In this document: one piece after another, positions 1-13,400 of the stretch
Layout: each line of letters begins with the position of its first letter
Numbering within the stretch: the first letter of the stretch is position 1
From: Harriotta raleighana
Lineage: Eukaryota
Length of the DNA stretch: 64,000 nt
NCBI GenBank assembly: GCA_050575255.1
Contig: JBNZDD010013635.1
Coordinates: forward strand, 1,008,910-1,072,909
Reading direction: 5' to 3'
Notes under the pieces: generated by a model
Databases searched by the model: none
Seen by the model: only the letters and a program-made list of their open reading frames with translations
What the model was told of the DNA's origin: nothing
Translations under genes and position numbers: made by a program

Positions 1-209
1 CTGGAATGCATTGCCTGAAAAGGTGGTGGAGGCTGATTCGATAACAACTTTTAAAAGGGAATTAGATCTTTATTTAGGGAGAACAGGTCTATTAGGCTAT
101 GGGGAGCGAGCAGGGCAGTGGGATTAAATTGCTCTTTTCAAAGAGCCGGCACAGACTAGATGGGCCGAATGGCCTCCTTTTGTGCCGTAAACTTCTATGA
201 TTCTATGAT
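1..209 (+). mobile_element. CR1 LINE 3' end (young family), cut by the window edge
   Basis: End of ORF2 (WNALPEKVVEADSITTFKRELDLYL), 3' UTR ATGGGCCGAATGGCCTCC and (TTCTATGA)2 tail. Very similar to the copies at 45653 and 59644. Confidence 0.9.
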
Positions 210-1756
210 ACTCAAAGAGTTTACTCGCTGAGCATTTAGGGGAGCCAGTCCCATTTTTGCCTATCCCAGCACTAATTTTATTATTGTGGACAATTGAATA
301 CCCTTTTGACCTCTAATCTCTTAAATGCAGAAACAGACACCTAAGGATGAAGATAATGAGTGCATTGTGCCAAATCCACTTTGTTCAACCCCACTGCTAC
401 CATCTCCCCTAATACTGTAAAGGCTTTATTCTCTGATTGCAGCGAAATAAAATCAGAACCTGCCACAACATACTTGTACAAACCATTGGCAAGACCATTC
501 CAGATTCAGTTATAAAAGGAGGCTACATAAGTATTGCTCAGAGGTGCAAAAGACTCATCACGTAAGAAGGTAGATAGATAGAAACCAGGGACCGCAGAGT
601 GGTTGCAAAGTGCTGTGCACTCTCCCAACAAAAGCTTCTTCAAACCTTTGCTTCAGAATATCAAACATAGCACAGTGTTACTATAAAGGACTTGATCAAA
701 GACGAGTGCTAATGGGCTTTTTAGGACCATTAAAACAAGTAGCAGGTTTGATTGACACCCAGGTTCAGTGCAAGGAGGTTCAAGGTTGTTTTACCAGCAG
801 GAGTTAATTTCCTAAATGAGAAAAAAATACTTTTCAAATTACAAATGAATGTATTTGACCATGATTGTTACATGCTCGTGTTGAGTATAAAGATGCACTT
901 CTGTGTATTTTTGACATTGGTCAGAATTGTGAAATTAAAATCCATCTTGTTAATTCTGTGGACTACCTTTACTGGAGGAAAAAAGGAGGTAAGATTCAGT
1001 GCATTGCAGTGGTATCAAGCAGCATCATAGTGGCAGGACACGGGTGGTTTACTGGCGAATCTCTTACTGTTGCAATATGCATTGTTGAGAGCGCCAAAAA
1101 GCAGGCAAGGGGAGAGACTTGGATAATAACTCTTATTAGGCAAAATTAACAGCAGCCGATCTGCTGGGATGTGGCAATTGTTGCCATGTTTGAAATTCTG
1201 AAGCAACGATTTGCCTGGCCTTTTATTTTAGGAATTGTTTTCCAGGAGAGCTAATGATTTGCTAAAACCTGTGTAGGTTTTAATTCCTTTGCCGCAAAAC
1301 TGATCCTTGAATTATTGCTGAGTGTATGTCACAGGAAGATAACTGTGCTGCCACTGCTCATGGTGGCTGAACAGCCAGTTAATTTGAGGAGATTGTTCAA
1401 GACAGTGGGAACAGTGTATGTGCTGCCTGTATGAATTGATAATGTCATGCAGTTCACATATGTGTGGATTCTCTGCAGTGTGCTGTATTTGGTGCTACAG
1501 ACAATTACTAGGTGTTAATTACGGAATTTCCCATAAAATAAAAATATCAAATTTTCCAGCATCAACAGCTCCCTTCCCTTTATAGTGAATTCCAAAAAGC
1601 TATTTTTTTTTTAAAAAACAATTCAGTTTTGCTGGGTGATATCTCTGTGAATAAATGAGCATTATGAAANATAACCTTAGAAGAGAAATGTATTGTGTGC
1701 TTCCATTCAAATTTGACAATGGTATTATGTGTGTGTGTATATGTGTGAAAAATAAA

Positions 1757-1885
1757 TTGCATTTGAATCAGTGCTTTATCATGTCGACGAGACATCTCAA
1801 AGCACTTTTACTGTGAAGTATAGTGACATTATTTGTGGGAGAATGCAGCAGTCAATTTATGCACAGAAATGTCCCACAAACAGGT
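1757..1885 (-). mobile_element. Degraded SINE 3' part (Deu-like core and tail)
   Basis: TTGCATTTGAAT...GACATCTCAAAGCACTTT...GTCCCACAAACAG matches the reverse complement of the main SINE family. Confidence 0.6.
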
Positions 1886-3129
1886 CAGTAAGGGACCAAT
1901 TTTTTTAATACAATGTGCCCTCATATTAAATACACATTGGTAACTGATGTTAATTCAGCAGTTGAAATTTCGGCAGTTATAAATGAAATTGGTCATTCAC
2001 ATCATGGCTGTTTATTGGGCCTTGCTGTGCGCAAATTGGCTGTCGTTTTCACCTACAAAATACACAATTGGTACACTTTGCAGTATAAAATGTGAATCGA
2101 TTTAAGACTTGCACTATACGTGAAAGACCCTATAAACAAAAATAAGCATTATTATTATACTGCAAAAATATTAGCTAAATTTGCTCATGGAAGGATTTAA
2201 ATTTTTTTGTTGAGTTCCACTTTTTGGAAGCTCTGTTCAATCTACATAAATTAATTTGATTTGGGACCTGGAATAGCCTTTTAGAAAGTAAAATATTCAT
2301 CCCTTTGGACTTGGCATTTATTAGCACATAGGAATACACAATGAGAGAAGTGGAAATTATCCCAGTTTACAGCTGGTTGAGGTTGGCATTAGAGATATTA
2401 TAAAGATGGTTTACAAGGGGCCAGTAATGTATCTGTCTTGGAACCATCTCACGGGTGGCATGAGAGTGCTCTGGGCCACCACCCGATCCAAACAGGTATC
2501 TGATTTCCCTCTACTGTAGAACAGTAACTCCTTGCTATGGGACTATTGAAATTGGGATCAATGAATAATTCATTCAGACACAAGATTCCATTCCAATTTA
2601 CTACTCAGTTTTTGGGGGGTTAGAAATCGTAATTAAAGAATGATGCCAATTCATACATAACAATTGCGGCAAATGAATTATTCACTGCTCAGAATTCATC
2701 TGTACCGGGAACAAAACTTTGCTTTTCTGATGTCGGCTAGAAGCTTGATTTTTTTCCTTTAGATCTGAGCAAAATTCCTCTGTACACAAAAGAATTAGTG
2801 GAGCTTGACAGGCTGAAAAGGAATGGAGATGGCGTTTGGAATAGATTTGTTCAAATCAATACTTTGTAACAAATGCAAGAGGATTCATTGCCTTTCTAGA
2901 TTTCAGGAGATGAAAGAAAAGTGAATGAAAGAGGGCTTAGCAATGCCAGCCAAGATCTAGTACTCAAACAATGTACTGATTTATAATATGTAGACATCTA
3001 AGATAGCAACTACTTCTGTCAAAAGAGGAGCTCTTTGGATTCCAAGTACATTTAGTCAAAAATGCATAAAGTCAATTTTTTCTTCCCCAGTGATAAAAAT
3101 TATTCATTTCTTGTTATCTGTGTGATTGT

Positions 3130-3930
3130 CTATAGCTTCCCCTTCCTTCTCCTATTTTCTCCTGAAGAACCTATTTCACAGTACAGGGGAGTTCCATGGG
3201 CCCTATCCATCCTCTTACATATCTAAATGGTCATTCTTCATGTGGAATTCTAGACCTTCGCCCGGCTCCACTGGCTTCCCATCCCTCAGGGGATAGAATT
3301 TAAGAACCTGGTCCTCACATTCAAGGCCTTGCAGGGCCTTGCACCCTCCTACCTCTCTAACCTATTGCCCCCTGTCAATCTGTCCACACTTTTCATTCAG
3401 CAGGCTCCAGCCTGCTCCATATCTCCCACCCAATCTGTCCTATCATCAGTGGCTGGGCTTTCAGCCTCTCTACCCCTTCTCTTTGGAACTCCATCCCACA
3501 GCTTTGCTCCCTTCCCTAGCCTTTTTCAAGGCTTAACACAAGACTCTCCTTTTCAACCATGTCTTCATCCACCCCACGACAACTCTGCCCCCCCCCCCCA
3601 CCCACCCACCATGCTCAGCTCATGACCCCTGACATTCAGCAGCTTGGGACGAGCTCCCAACGTGCAAGGCACTCAACAAATGTAATTATGTTGTTGTTGT
3701 TGGAGATAGTAGGTGCTCACTGATAACTTTACTGTGGGTGCATCACAATTGAGCTTTATCTTTTCTTCACCCAATGACCAAACATGCAAACTTTCTAGTG
3801 GGAGTCATTAGCCATCGAGAGAAGGAGTCCTATCTGTTTGTCCCCCCACCAAAAAAGTCTCAGGTATTAAAGTGAATTGCTTCATCTGTTAAGATCAGCA
3901 AACTCAGCACAGACTGAGGATTGAAGTTCT
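3130..3930 (-). mobile_element. Old SINE-like repeat split by an L2 insertion (parts about 3130-3255 and 3703-3930)
   Basis: GTCATTCTTCATGTG...CTAGAC and ...GCATCACA...TCACCCAATG...AGATCAGCAAACTCAGCACAGACTGAGGATTGAA are collinear with the reverse complement of the copy at 32320-32710. Confidence 0.6.
3256..3702 (+). mobile_element. L2-clade LINE, 5'-truncated 3' fragment
   Basis: Translates as LHWLPIPQGIEFKNLVLTFKALQGLAPSYLSNLL, the L2 ORF2 C-terminal signature, then degraded RAFS/LWN/FK-LK-like motifs, a 3' UTR CAGCTTGGGACG...GTGCAAGGCAC and a (GTT)n tail. Confidence 0.9.
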
Positions 3931-5324
3931 GAGAATTCCTTTTTTTATCAATTGAAAATGCCCTGATTTGGAAGGGGTAAAAGCAAACCCAATCCTAACA
4001 ATTGAATCTCATCCATTGTCAATTGTTTGATCTTGGCATTCATTGGATTATTTCTTGTCAACATGCAAAACTAATAGATCCTGTTGTGATAGAATGATAT
4101 ATTGATTATTATTATTTATTATTCCTCCTTATGTAGTTATTATACTTATTCAACTTTTTTTGCAATTCATCTTTTGGAGGCATGTTTTTGAGCAAACCAC
4201 CAGTTTTCCTCTACTTCAATAAGATGCAACATTTAGCAGAATATATATATATACTGTATATAGATTGGTTTCAGATAATAGGAGTTTCTTATAAATGTGC
4301 TTCCACCTGTAGAACACCAAAGTAGACTACAGAAAATATAAGCTATAGGTCACTTACTAGTTTATCAAAGACAACACTAGTGTGTGACCATTTTACTCTG
4401 CATTGCTTTCTATGTTGATTTTTTTGTTTTCTGATGTCTAGAGGTCTGTCTTAAGTACAGTACTAACAATGGCACTGTTTTGGCAGCAGTGTGTGTGTTC
4501 TGTTTTGAGGTCCCCGATGTTCCTTTACTGTGAGTAATCCCATGAGCTGACCTGTAGTTAGCTTGTCAAAGCAAAGGAGCAAACCTCATCCTCCAGTGGC
4601 CTGAACGTTTGTGGTAATTGGACTGTGTAAGAGACAGTTGAGTTAAACGTGCTTTCTTCCTCCTTTTAGTTACGGTTCAGATTGGTTGACGAGATCACTG
4701 ACATGTTAATCTCGATATTACCAAGAGCCTTTTTATCTAAATGTTTTCCTACACAAAATATCAAAATAATTTGGACAACATTAATCTAACACAGCCCGCA
4801 TGGCTCTTTTTCCCCAGCTTCCTCTCCTCCCCACCCACATTACTGCAAACATCCTGTTTAGAGGTGCTTTCTGCCCTAGGTTGCACTATGGTATTTTCAT
4901 GTCTCTCTGTGACAAGCAATTACAATGGAGGCATTAGAAATGACTGTAGTTAAGGTACCTTAAAGCCCACAGTGGTGCTGCCCCTTGACCCTTTCAGCTC
5001 CAGACTGTTGAACACTCTGCTTTGCTGTCAGGGCATAGACAAAATGGTGTTGCATTGCTCTGAAAATGGGACAGGTGATGAGCAGTCCCAGGAAATCTGA
5101 ACTGTGAGAACTCAACCCGACAATGGCACCAGAGCCCCTCCAGAGAGGAAGACACTAACGATAATGCTGACGCTTTCATTCAGATGTTGCCCTGAATTAG
5201 TAGCTCTAATTGGATAATTCCTGCTATTATGCCCAGCTGACAAGCTGTTATATGATCCAATGTTATTGAATTTTTTAAATAAATGATTTCTACCTTCTCC
5301 CACCCTCCTCATCACAAGCAATGG

Positions 5325-5441
5325 ACCACATATTGCCCACTAAATACACAGCCACTCCACTTTACAATATATCCTATGAAGCGCTTTAAGATCTCTCAAC
5401 GATATGATAAGGCATTAAATCAAATGCAAGGATTATTATTA
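5325..5441 (+). mobile_element. SINE 3' fragment (main family)
   Basis: CACTTTACA...GAAGCGCTTTAAGA...ATCAAATGCAAGGATTATTATT tail. Confidence 0.75.
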
Positions 5442-7485
5442 TGCTAACTGACTGTTCTGTACATTTGTCTCCAGTCAGTGAATATCAGCAAGCCTTGCAA
5501 CTTTGAGGGCCACTGTTAACTTCCAATATACATCATGAGACAGCAATTGGGAGTGAGTTTGACTAGCATTGTGAAATTCATATGATGGTATTAACCAAAA
5601 CCTTACTGCTTAGTGACAAATTACACTCCCGCAAGTTACACTTGATTTGGACACAGGAGAGAGGAAAACAGAAGAGCTATATTGGATTTGCTACAAAACC
5701 AGTTGTGTCTTAGGAAGGTTGTGAAATTGCTGTATCAATGCCTACAGTTAACAATCGGAAAGGCCAAAAATATACACATTACAGTTAAAAAGAATTATCA
5801 ATTTAGCATTCAAATATTTTTCACTTCAAATCCAGAAGGCCTTAAATACGCCCTTGTAGTGAAGTTTGAAAACAATATGGTTAGTGGTACTGTGAGGTTT
5901 GCACAGCCTGAGTTCTGGCCGAAGTCTGTTAGCCTATTTTGGAGATGACAACACAATTAGACATTGATCTTTGTTCTGTCACAATTATGAAAGCTTAACT
6001 GAAGGGGGGAAAAAGGCACAGTTCCTTTGAAGATATAAATCAACTTTATCAGTAATGTACATTTTTTATTTTAATAAAGCCCCATTTTCCTTTGACAGTT
6101 TCACAAGTTACCACCATGTCAGATAGGCATTTCAAACCCTAAAATATGTAAATCGATATATTTTTGCATCAAGCAGCTTATTTTTACAGTAAGTCGCCCT
6201 ACCTCTGTGAGTGATGATAGTTCTTACAGAGACTGACCTCAGACACTCTTACCATTAATTCATTTTTGCTGGTAAGATGGACCTTGCCCCAGTATGAACA
6301 AAATGGCACGGCAGAAACCACGACTCGACAAACAATAAACATATGGCTAGTTAGGAATCCGTTTCTTTTGATTCCTGTTAGATTCCGCTTCACAGTGCAA
6401 CACTTTGCAGAGTTTTTCTCGATACTTCCTTATGGCTTGTTCCCATCACCAGAGGAATTGGAAGGGAGTATCTCCCAGTTTCCTGGTCAGCAACACCCAA
6501 TCATATTTTTCATTCACTTCATGGCTATTTGTGGGATGTTACCATGTCCAAATTAGCTGGCTCATTCACTCACAAAATTACAGTCATTGCACATTACTGT
6601 AAATCCTGTGAAGTTCTTGTATGAGAACCAACGTGAAAGGAGTTGTACCATTGTAAGAATTATTCTTATTAAACAACGAAGTGTTAGGCAGATGAAGTAA
6701 CTCTGCCCACTTCTCTTGGTCAGGAAAGCTCTCCCCACACATTTAGAAATCAGTATAGAACACGGATGAACAATGTGGCAATCGAGCAAGATCTGATTGA
6801 AACAGCATATTGATAGCACTATATAAATTTGAAATTAAATTGAGAATAACTGCAAAGTCCTGGGAAAACCTAGTGTTCTATAGTCTATTTTCATCAAAAT
6901 GAACCTTTGTCATGTTTTATTTCTTCCCTTCAAGAAAACAAATGGTCATTTTGCATCAAAGTCACTCTCTGTTTGGACATTGGGCATTTCCCTTGATATT
7001 TTTTTTATACGATATTTTGGTTTACTTTCCCAGAAGTACATTTCACTTGCCCCACCATCTCTCAAGCTGGTTGATCCCTAATTTGGAAAAAGTCATCTCT
7101 GGGACACAGAGGTTTGGCGCCAGGTTAAAGCCGATGGCAGAATTTGGGGCTTCAGGTGATGACAAGCCAGTTTAAAATGAAAGCAACCGGCCTTCTCCGA
7201 GACATTGCAATGAAACTTGTTAAAGAGTGACACTTGATTCAGCCCAGCCTTTACATTGCTGGAGGCAATCTGATATGTCTTCCAGCTTGAGATCATTGCA
7301 AGTGTATAGTTCAGGTTTACACTGTCAGTTTGCACAAAACATATTGAAATCATTGTATACCTGGAATAGAACCTTTTATGTGGTGTGAAGAATTACAACA
7401 TTCCTGAAAACATTTAATAAAGGGATTGCTGATGCCATCTTTTGAGATGTGAAGCATCCTTTTAAGTAACACTCAAATCTTATAA

Positions 7486-7512
7486 TGTGTGTGTGTGTGT
7501 GTGTGTGTGTGT
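7486..7512. repeat. (TG)n microsatellite
   Basis: About 13 TG units. Confidence 0.95.
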
Positions 7513-7649
7513 ATTGGGGATGAGGAAGGGGAAGTACAGTAGTATGAGTGGAGGGCTAATGAATTTGTAGCAGCTGTATTCCTACAGCAGCCCTGACATT
7601 CATTTATTCCAATAGGACCTTTGTACAATGGCCTTACTGAGCACTCACA

Positions 7650-7875
7650 ATATAAATAATCCTTGCATTTGAAGTGATATGTCGTGAATGTATAGTTTGT
7701 AGGCAAATTTGCAATGTTGAACAAACAGCCAGGACACTGGGAGAAACTCACTTAATTCTTCAGTTAACCCCAAGGGATGTTTAATGTCTACTTGATTAGG
7801 CAGACAATAGCTAGTTTAACATCTTATCCAAAGGGTGGCACTTTGCACAACACTCCCCAGCACTGCATTGGACCA
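7650..7875 (-). mobile_element. Old DeuSINE-like fragment
   Basis: GCCAGGACACTGGGAGAAACTC...GGCAGACA...GTTTAACATCTTATCCAAAGGGTGGCAC...CACTCCCCAGCACTGCATTGG is the reverse complement of the Deu central domain as I recall it from AmnSINE1/SacSINE1. Confidence 0.65.
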
Positions 7876-8297
7876 TTGGAAATCATGTAGTCACAGACAA
7901 ACATACAGCAGAAATGTTCACCTGGGCACTTTCTCTACCAGTTTATGAAATTCGACTGGAATTTAAAATGTGATATTTTGTCTGTCTGTACATTTCTCTA
8001 GAGAACAAACCATGAAGAAATGCATTTGCATTTCTGTTTCCCTTCACAATACTTTTGTTTCAACTGTGAGTGTTAATGACCAAATGAGGGCACCTTGGTT
8101 TGGAGGAGTGACTGAGCTTGACAGTGTGACTGGAGATGAAATAATGGCAATGTAGATACACAGTAGTTAACCGAGCATGCTTGACTGATCATGTCATTTC
8201 AACTGTGAATATTAATTCAGCTCTGTTACACTCAGAGGCTCATTAAAGTCCCCTATGAATTCATACAAGTTAGAGTTCGAAGTCTCAGCTGCCTGCA

Positions 8298-8452
8298 ATA
8301 ATAATAATAATCCTTAGTATTTGATGTTGTACCATATCACATTTTCAAGACATCTCCCAGCACTTTACAGAATATACCGTAAAATGAATTCACTATATTT
8401 TGAGGGCAAAATGTGACAGCCAATTGTGCACAGCAGTGTCCCATAACCAGTT
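8298..8452 (-). mobile_element. SINE 3' fragment (main family)
   Basis: (AAT)n tail followed by GACATCTC...CAGCCAATTGTGCACAGCAGTGTCCC. Confidence 0.75.
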
Positions 8453-11400
8453 TTTCATATTCTGAGTGATGGTTTATTAAACATTATTTTCTATGAACAT
8501 TTTGTTTGAGCAAACGTATGTAATCCGCAGGGTGAAGAAATTAGTTTGAGTTTGGGATCTTATCCTTCTACCTGCTATGTTTTGAACCCGTGTGTTTTGT
8601 GAGGGGTGCTCTTCTACATGAGTACTTCGTTGAGGGAATTCTAAGAGAAGATCAGAGAAGGTCAGATGAGACGGAAAATCCAGAAGGGCATCCTAGACAG
8701 ATCTTACACACCTTCCAGCCAACAGTAATCATGCAGCATTGAAAGAGGAAGGTCATTCACCCATTGTAGTAGTTGTAGATGTTGCATGGAAGGGAAAGAG
8801 TCAAGAAAAGGATGGAAGAAGTGAATCTCAATCCATTCCAATCATGCCAAAGCCATAAGTAAAATGCTCCTTTTAGAATAAGAGGCTATTTCATCCATTT
8901 GACTGGAGTGCATATAGAAGCTGTTGTCTAATGGCTTTTCAAAGCAAATCAAAGTGCAGTGATATAAAACCTGTAAATCTGCTAATAGTCAATTCACTTG
9001 GAGGAGATAGTCTATCACTTTAGTAAACTGGAATGTATTTGATTTTTTTTTCTTTTGTACTTCAGAAATAAGCAAAGCCCTTTCATTTAATCTCATGTGA
9101 ACACAAGGATGTCAGCATCACAATTCACAGTAATATGCAGTTAGACGTCCATTAAAGTCTAAGATTCCTCTTCTTTACATTGGTCCTTCTGTTCTTTTGA
9201 AGAAGGGTGTATGAAGGACCAACTGGCAGCATACATATACCATGGAGTATTGTGACTGTTTAAAGATTCATTTCAGATGTAGAAAAGGCAGTGTATGTCT
9301 TGTTATTGTGTAGAGTTTAGCAACACACAGCCCTATGATCTTGGATCTATGGTTATTCTTCATTGCTCTTGAGCCAACGTCCAAAGTGCAATTAATTAAG
9401 GTGGATTTCATGTGGTCACATTGCCAAACTCTTCTACAAGATGTGAATCATACAACATAAACCAGTAGCTAACAAATTCAAATATTCCTTTTTAGATGAA
9501 ATATTGAAACATAACAATGCTGTCACCACAATACATATCTTGGCATGGTAACTTGGCATGTAAACAGCTCAGTGCCTTTTGTTCTTTTACGTTAGGCTGT
9601 GGTTCATTTAAAAAACACACCAAAAAGCATTTTGCTTCTCCTCTTCTCTCTCGCTATCTTATGTTGGCAGGTTTATGTGACTTTCCAGACTTTTCAGTAA
9701 TACACCTGCCAGTTGAACTAAGACAAATGAGCTTCTACTCCCCTGACAAGGTAGAAAACTGTCCCTCCGGTTCTGCTTTTATAAGATGGTTTCACAGCCT
9801 CAAAATTCAGTGCCAAAATGGAGGCAATGCCAAATATGGAGTCTCTGCATCTTCTGCATTGCCTCTCTGCACATCTGTAAGCAGTCATGATAGACACCTT
9901 TGAGCAATTGCAAAACATTTAGAATTGTAATTTTGTAGTTTCCAGGCAGCAGATTTGCTTGTGATATGAGTTAGGGTTTTAACCTTGGTTCTAGTACTGT
10001 GATTTGGATAGTGGAGAACACCTAAAATAACTTTCTAATGAGTGTGCACATGTGCAAGGGCCACTGAATTTATTGAACTATTGTTAGATGTTGGCATATC
10101 CACAAAGAATCATTATGTCAGATTATTATAAGGGAACCTGTTTTAATTACAGTCTCAAATCTATGTGACTAGTGCCCTGACTCACAAAATGATCTTCTAA
10201 ATCCAGTGCCTGTGAAACGATTATTTTTCCATTCCGAGTTGCCTCTGGGAGCAGCCTTGCAGCATTGTCTTCTTGTCTCTGGAGGCAGACTCACAACATA
10301 AAAGCAACAATTGAACTGCCTCTTTCTTTATACTAAAATCATATAACAACAACACCAAAGGTTCCTCTTTGAAGAGCCTAATTTTGATTTTGTTTTAACT
10401 AGATTTCTGATAATGTGTATTTTGCTGCAGGCATCTTTGCTTCAACATTGGTGTGAATTTCTTAGCCCTTCACAATATTTGCAAACTGCATGCAGATCAG
10501 ACTATTGGTATTCAATGCTAATGTCTTGTCAATTCCTAAATGCAACGTAAGTTCTGCATTTAAATTCTTACCTTTCATCCACACAACAGAAAACACTGCA
10601 ATAGAATATCTTCCAAGAAATGCAAATACTTTGATATTCTATCTTTTGTAGCAGAGATATTTTAGATTTGAAGGGCAAAACAACCCCCTTCTATAATATT
10701 ATCTGGTAAAGTTATACTTCTTACCACAGCTATCTCTTATTCAATAGAGAAACTGGATGTCAATTAAGAGCAATATTCACATAGAATTCAAACCCTCTAT
10801 CCTCATGCCATTCACTCACCTTACCCACAGTTCTAATGTACCTAATTACTCTCTAGCCACATACAATTCCTTATATAGAACCAATGATTTTGGAATCAAT
10901 TTAGACATTCACAAAGCAGACAGTGTACATTCAAACATTGTCCCTTCTCTTCTGTGCAGAGGTTGAAAGGAGACTCAAATCTCTTACTGAATCAGGATGC
11001 TCAGAGCATACAATATACGCTGGGTGGACTTGGCATGCTAGGTGCATTCCGTGAAAATCAATTGTTCTCTAAACAACCAATAAGTTTATGTTGTTGAGAA
11101 ATATCTGTCTTCTTAGTCATCTGCAGCAGCACACACACAAACCTACAGAATAATAGTTGAAGGTATGATATTCCATCAGTAAATTTTATATTTTAAACAT
11201 TGTCGCATGTGAAGCAAGTTGTTCTCAAACGTTTTCTATTTGTTTTAAATTGTGCTTTTCCTACTCATTGGTGTTCTTTAAAATATAAAGCAGTAAAAAA
11301 TCCCACACTTTGCTACATTTAATAATAGCATTCATAATAATTTAAGGGTTTTCTTTGGTCTCAACAAAGATTTTTTTATCCTATTTCACAGTGATTTTGT

Positions 11401-12472
11401 AATAAAAGCTGCTAAACATCCTAAAAATATTGTATTCACATCTGTTTAACCAGCAATCGTCTCATTGAACATCTTTGGCCTTTGGTACAAATGACAATTA
11501 AGTTTCTGAGTGTAACAACGTCTATTGGAAAAAAAAATTGTGAAAGTTCACAGAGCTCCAGTGAATATTTAAATGATTTTGCTTCATAAATTTTAATAAG
11601 GTGAGCTGAAGCAAATTAAGAACTGGAGGCGTAGAGAGAGTTCACCAAAAGCAGACGTGGAGCTTCTGAGTGCATGTTTGTAACATGTGCTTCAGCGTTA
11701 ATGCAAGTTTAATGCAAGCTTTTTCAGCAAACGGAGTCATTGGTTCGGAGAGGAGGTCAGTCTACTGTGTGCAGTGTTCCAGTTCTGTGCATTTTCCAGT
11801 GTTGGAGGTGGAGGGGAGGAGATGTACATCAAACAACATGTACATTGCCATCCACTTTTTATTTACAGCATACTTAAATTATTAATGCCGGCTGGAAATC
11901 CAAAATATATGGGCTGCTTAATTTTGCAGACAGTTACCTCCAGATGTTAAAGGGAAGAAGACATCATGTTCTTAGCTTGCTCTTGGTAATATAATGATGA
12001 ATTAAAAGACCGTGCCATAACTCTCATAATTAAATTGCCATTATGCACAAGTAAGAACCATGAAAATATGTTCCTTTCCCAGTTCCTCCGTTGGGAAGGT
12101 AGTTAAATTTGTTACTTGTTTTTGTAGCCAAGATCGATATTGGTAATGTGGCTTTGTGTATCAATGCCATTGGGTCATTGCCAGTTGCAAAGGCACTATC
12201 TCACGGAAAAACAAGGGTCGGTGAAATGAATATACAAACCACTCATTATTGGTTTTGACGTCTGCTGCAGAAATAGCTTCATAATTGATGTCTGTAAAAT
12301 AACTTGGTATTTTCCTTTCAGTGAGCTGTGGGTATTGTAGCTCTGACTTACACGGGAGAGAAACAAAATACAGGGCAAAGTGGAGTATTTCAGCCTTCAT
12401 ATGAGAGCAGTGTTTGGCAAGGGCAACTGTGCTTCTCAATACAAAATCTGAACCGTTTCTTATGTGAAGCCA

Positions 12473-12783
12473 TATAATAAGTAACAATAATAATAATCGT
12501 TGCATTTGATATAGCGCTTTTCACATCTTCTAGACATCTCAAAGTGGTTCACAGATATATAATGTAAGGTGAATTGACTGTATATTTGTGGGAAAACATA
12601 GCAGCCAATGTTGCATAGCAGTGTCCCACAAACAGTTGCGGATTGAGTGACCCCATTTTTTTTTGAGGAATTATTATTAGACGTCTGGTGTAAGAAAACT
12701 TACCCAAGATTTCGCCCCTCGGTGAATCGAACTCAGGTCTCGCTTGCAAGGTGAGTGCACTAACCACTGAGCTACAGGACTCC
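12473..12783 (-). mobile_element. Full-length tRNA-derived SINE (main family)
   Basis: The minus strand reads GGAGTCCTGTAGCTCAGTGGTTAG (A box)...GAGTTCGATTC (B box)...TGTTTGTGGGACACTGCT...ATCAAATGCAACG(ATT)n. Confidence 0.9.
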
Positions 12784-13084
12784 ACAAAGTAAATGGTATA
12801 GCTATGTTGGAAAGTGTGTGTGGAGACAGAAGGCAAAAGAAACAAGATTGGCTTGACTGATGATCTCTGTTTACTCCCTCCCCATAGTTGCATTAGACTA
12901 ACATCCAGTATCTCAGATCACATTTAGAGTTAGCTACTTGTACAAATTACCAGATTGCGCTCATGTAACCATAGTGTCAGCACCTCAGATAGAGGCATGG
13001 AGAAATCTAAAGATAGGAATTCAGCCCCAAAATTGGTACTTATACCTTTCTATGCTACAAATTGCATTGTATGCAGTCATTATA

Positions 13085-13400
13085 ATAACAATAACGATCA
13101 TATATTTGATACGTTTACGCTGAGAGAATGTCTCAAAGTGCTTTGCAGTATTTTACTTTTTAATTGTTCTGTATGTATGTTGAAACCGAATACTGTACAA
13201 TCTCTTCTCGGGAATTGTGGCCCATGACAACACAGTTTAATGTTTCATCTGAAGAATGGCTGACACATCTAGCAATGCAGTTCTCCACCATATAATATTA
13301 GAGTGTCAGACTGGACGAAATTCTAAGTCCCAGCACATAGCTTGAACCTACAATCATCTAATTCAGGGGCAAGAATACTACTGACTGAGCCAGGCTGATA
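13085..13400 (-). mobile_element. Old DeuSINE-like element
   Basis: GTTTAATGTTTCATCTGAAGAATGGC...GAGTGTCAG...CTTGAACC...ACTGAGCCAGGCTGAT gives a tRNA head plus Deu domain on the minus strand. Confidence 0.6.

Noticed and set aside
12720-12783. tRNA genes (also near 21198, 48270 and 48637)
   Set aside because: The A/B boxes are SINE heads that continue into SINE body and tail; I could not form a complete cloverleaf with a paired acceptor stem.
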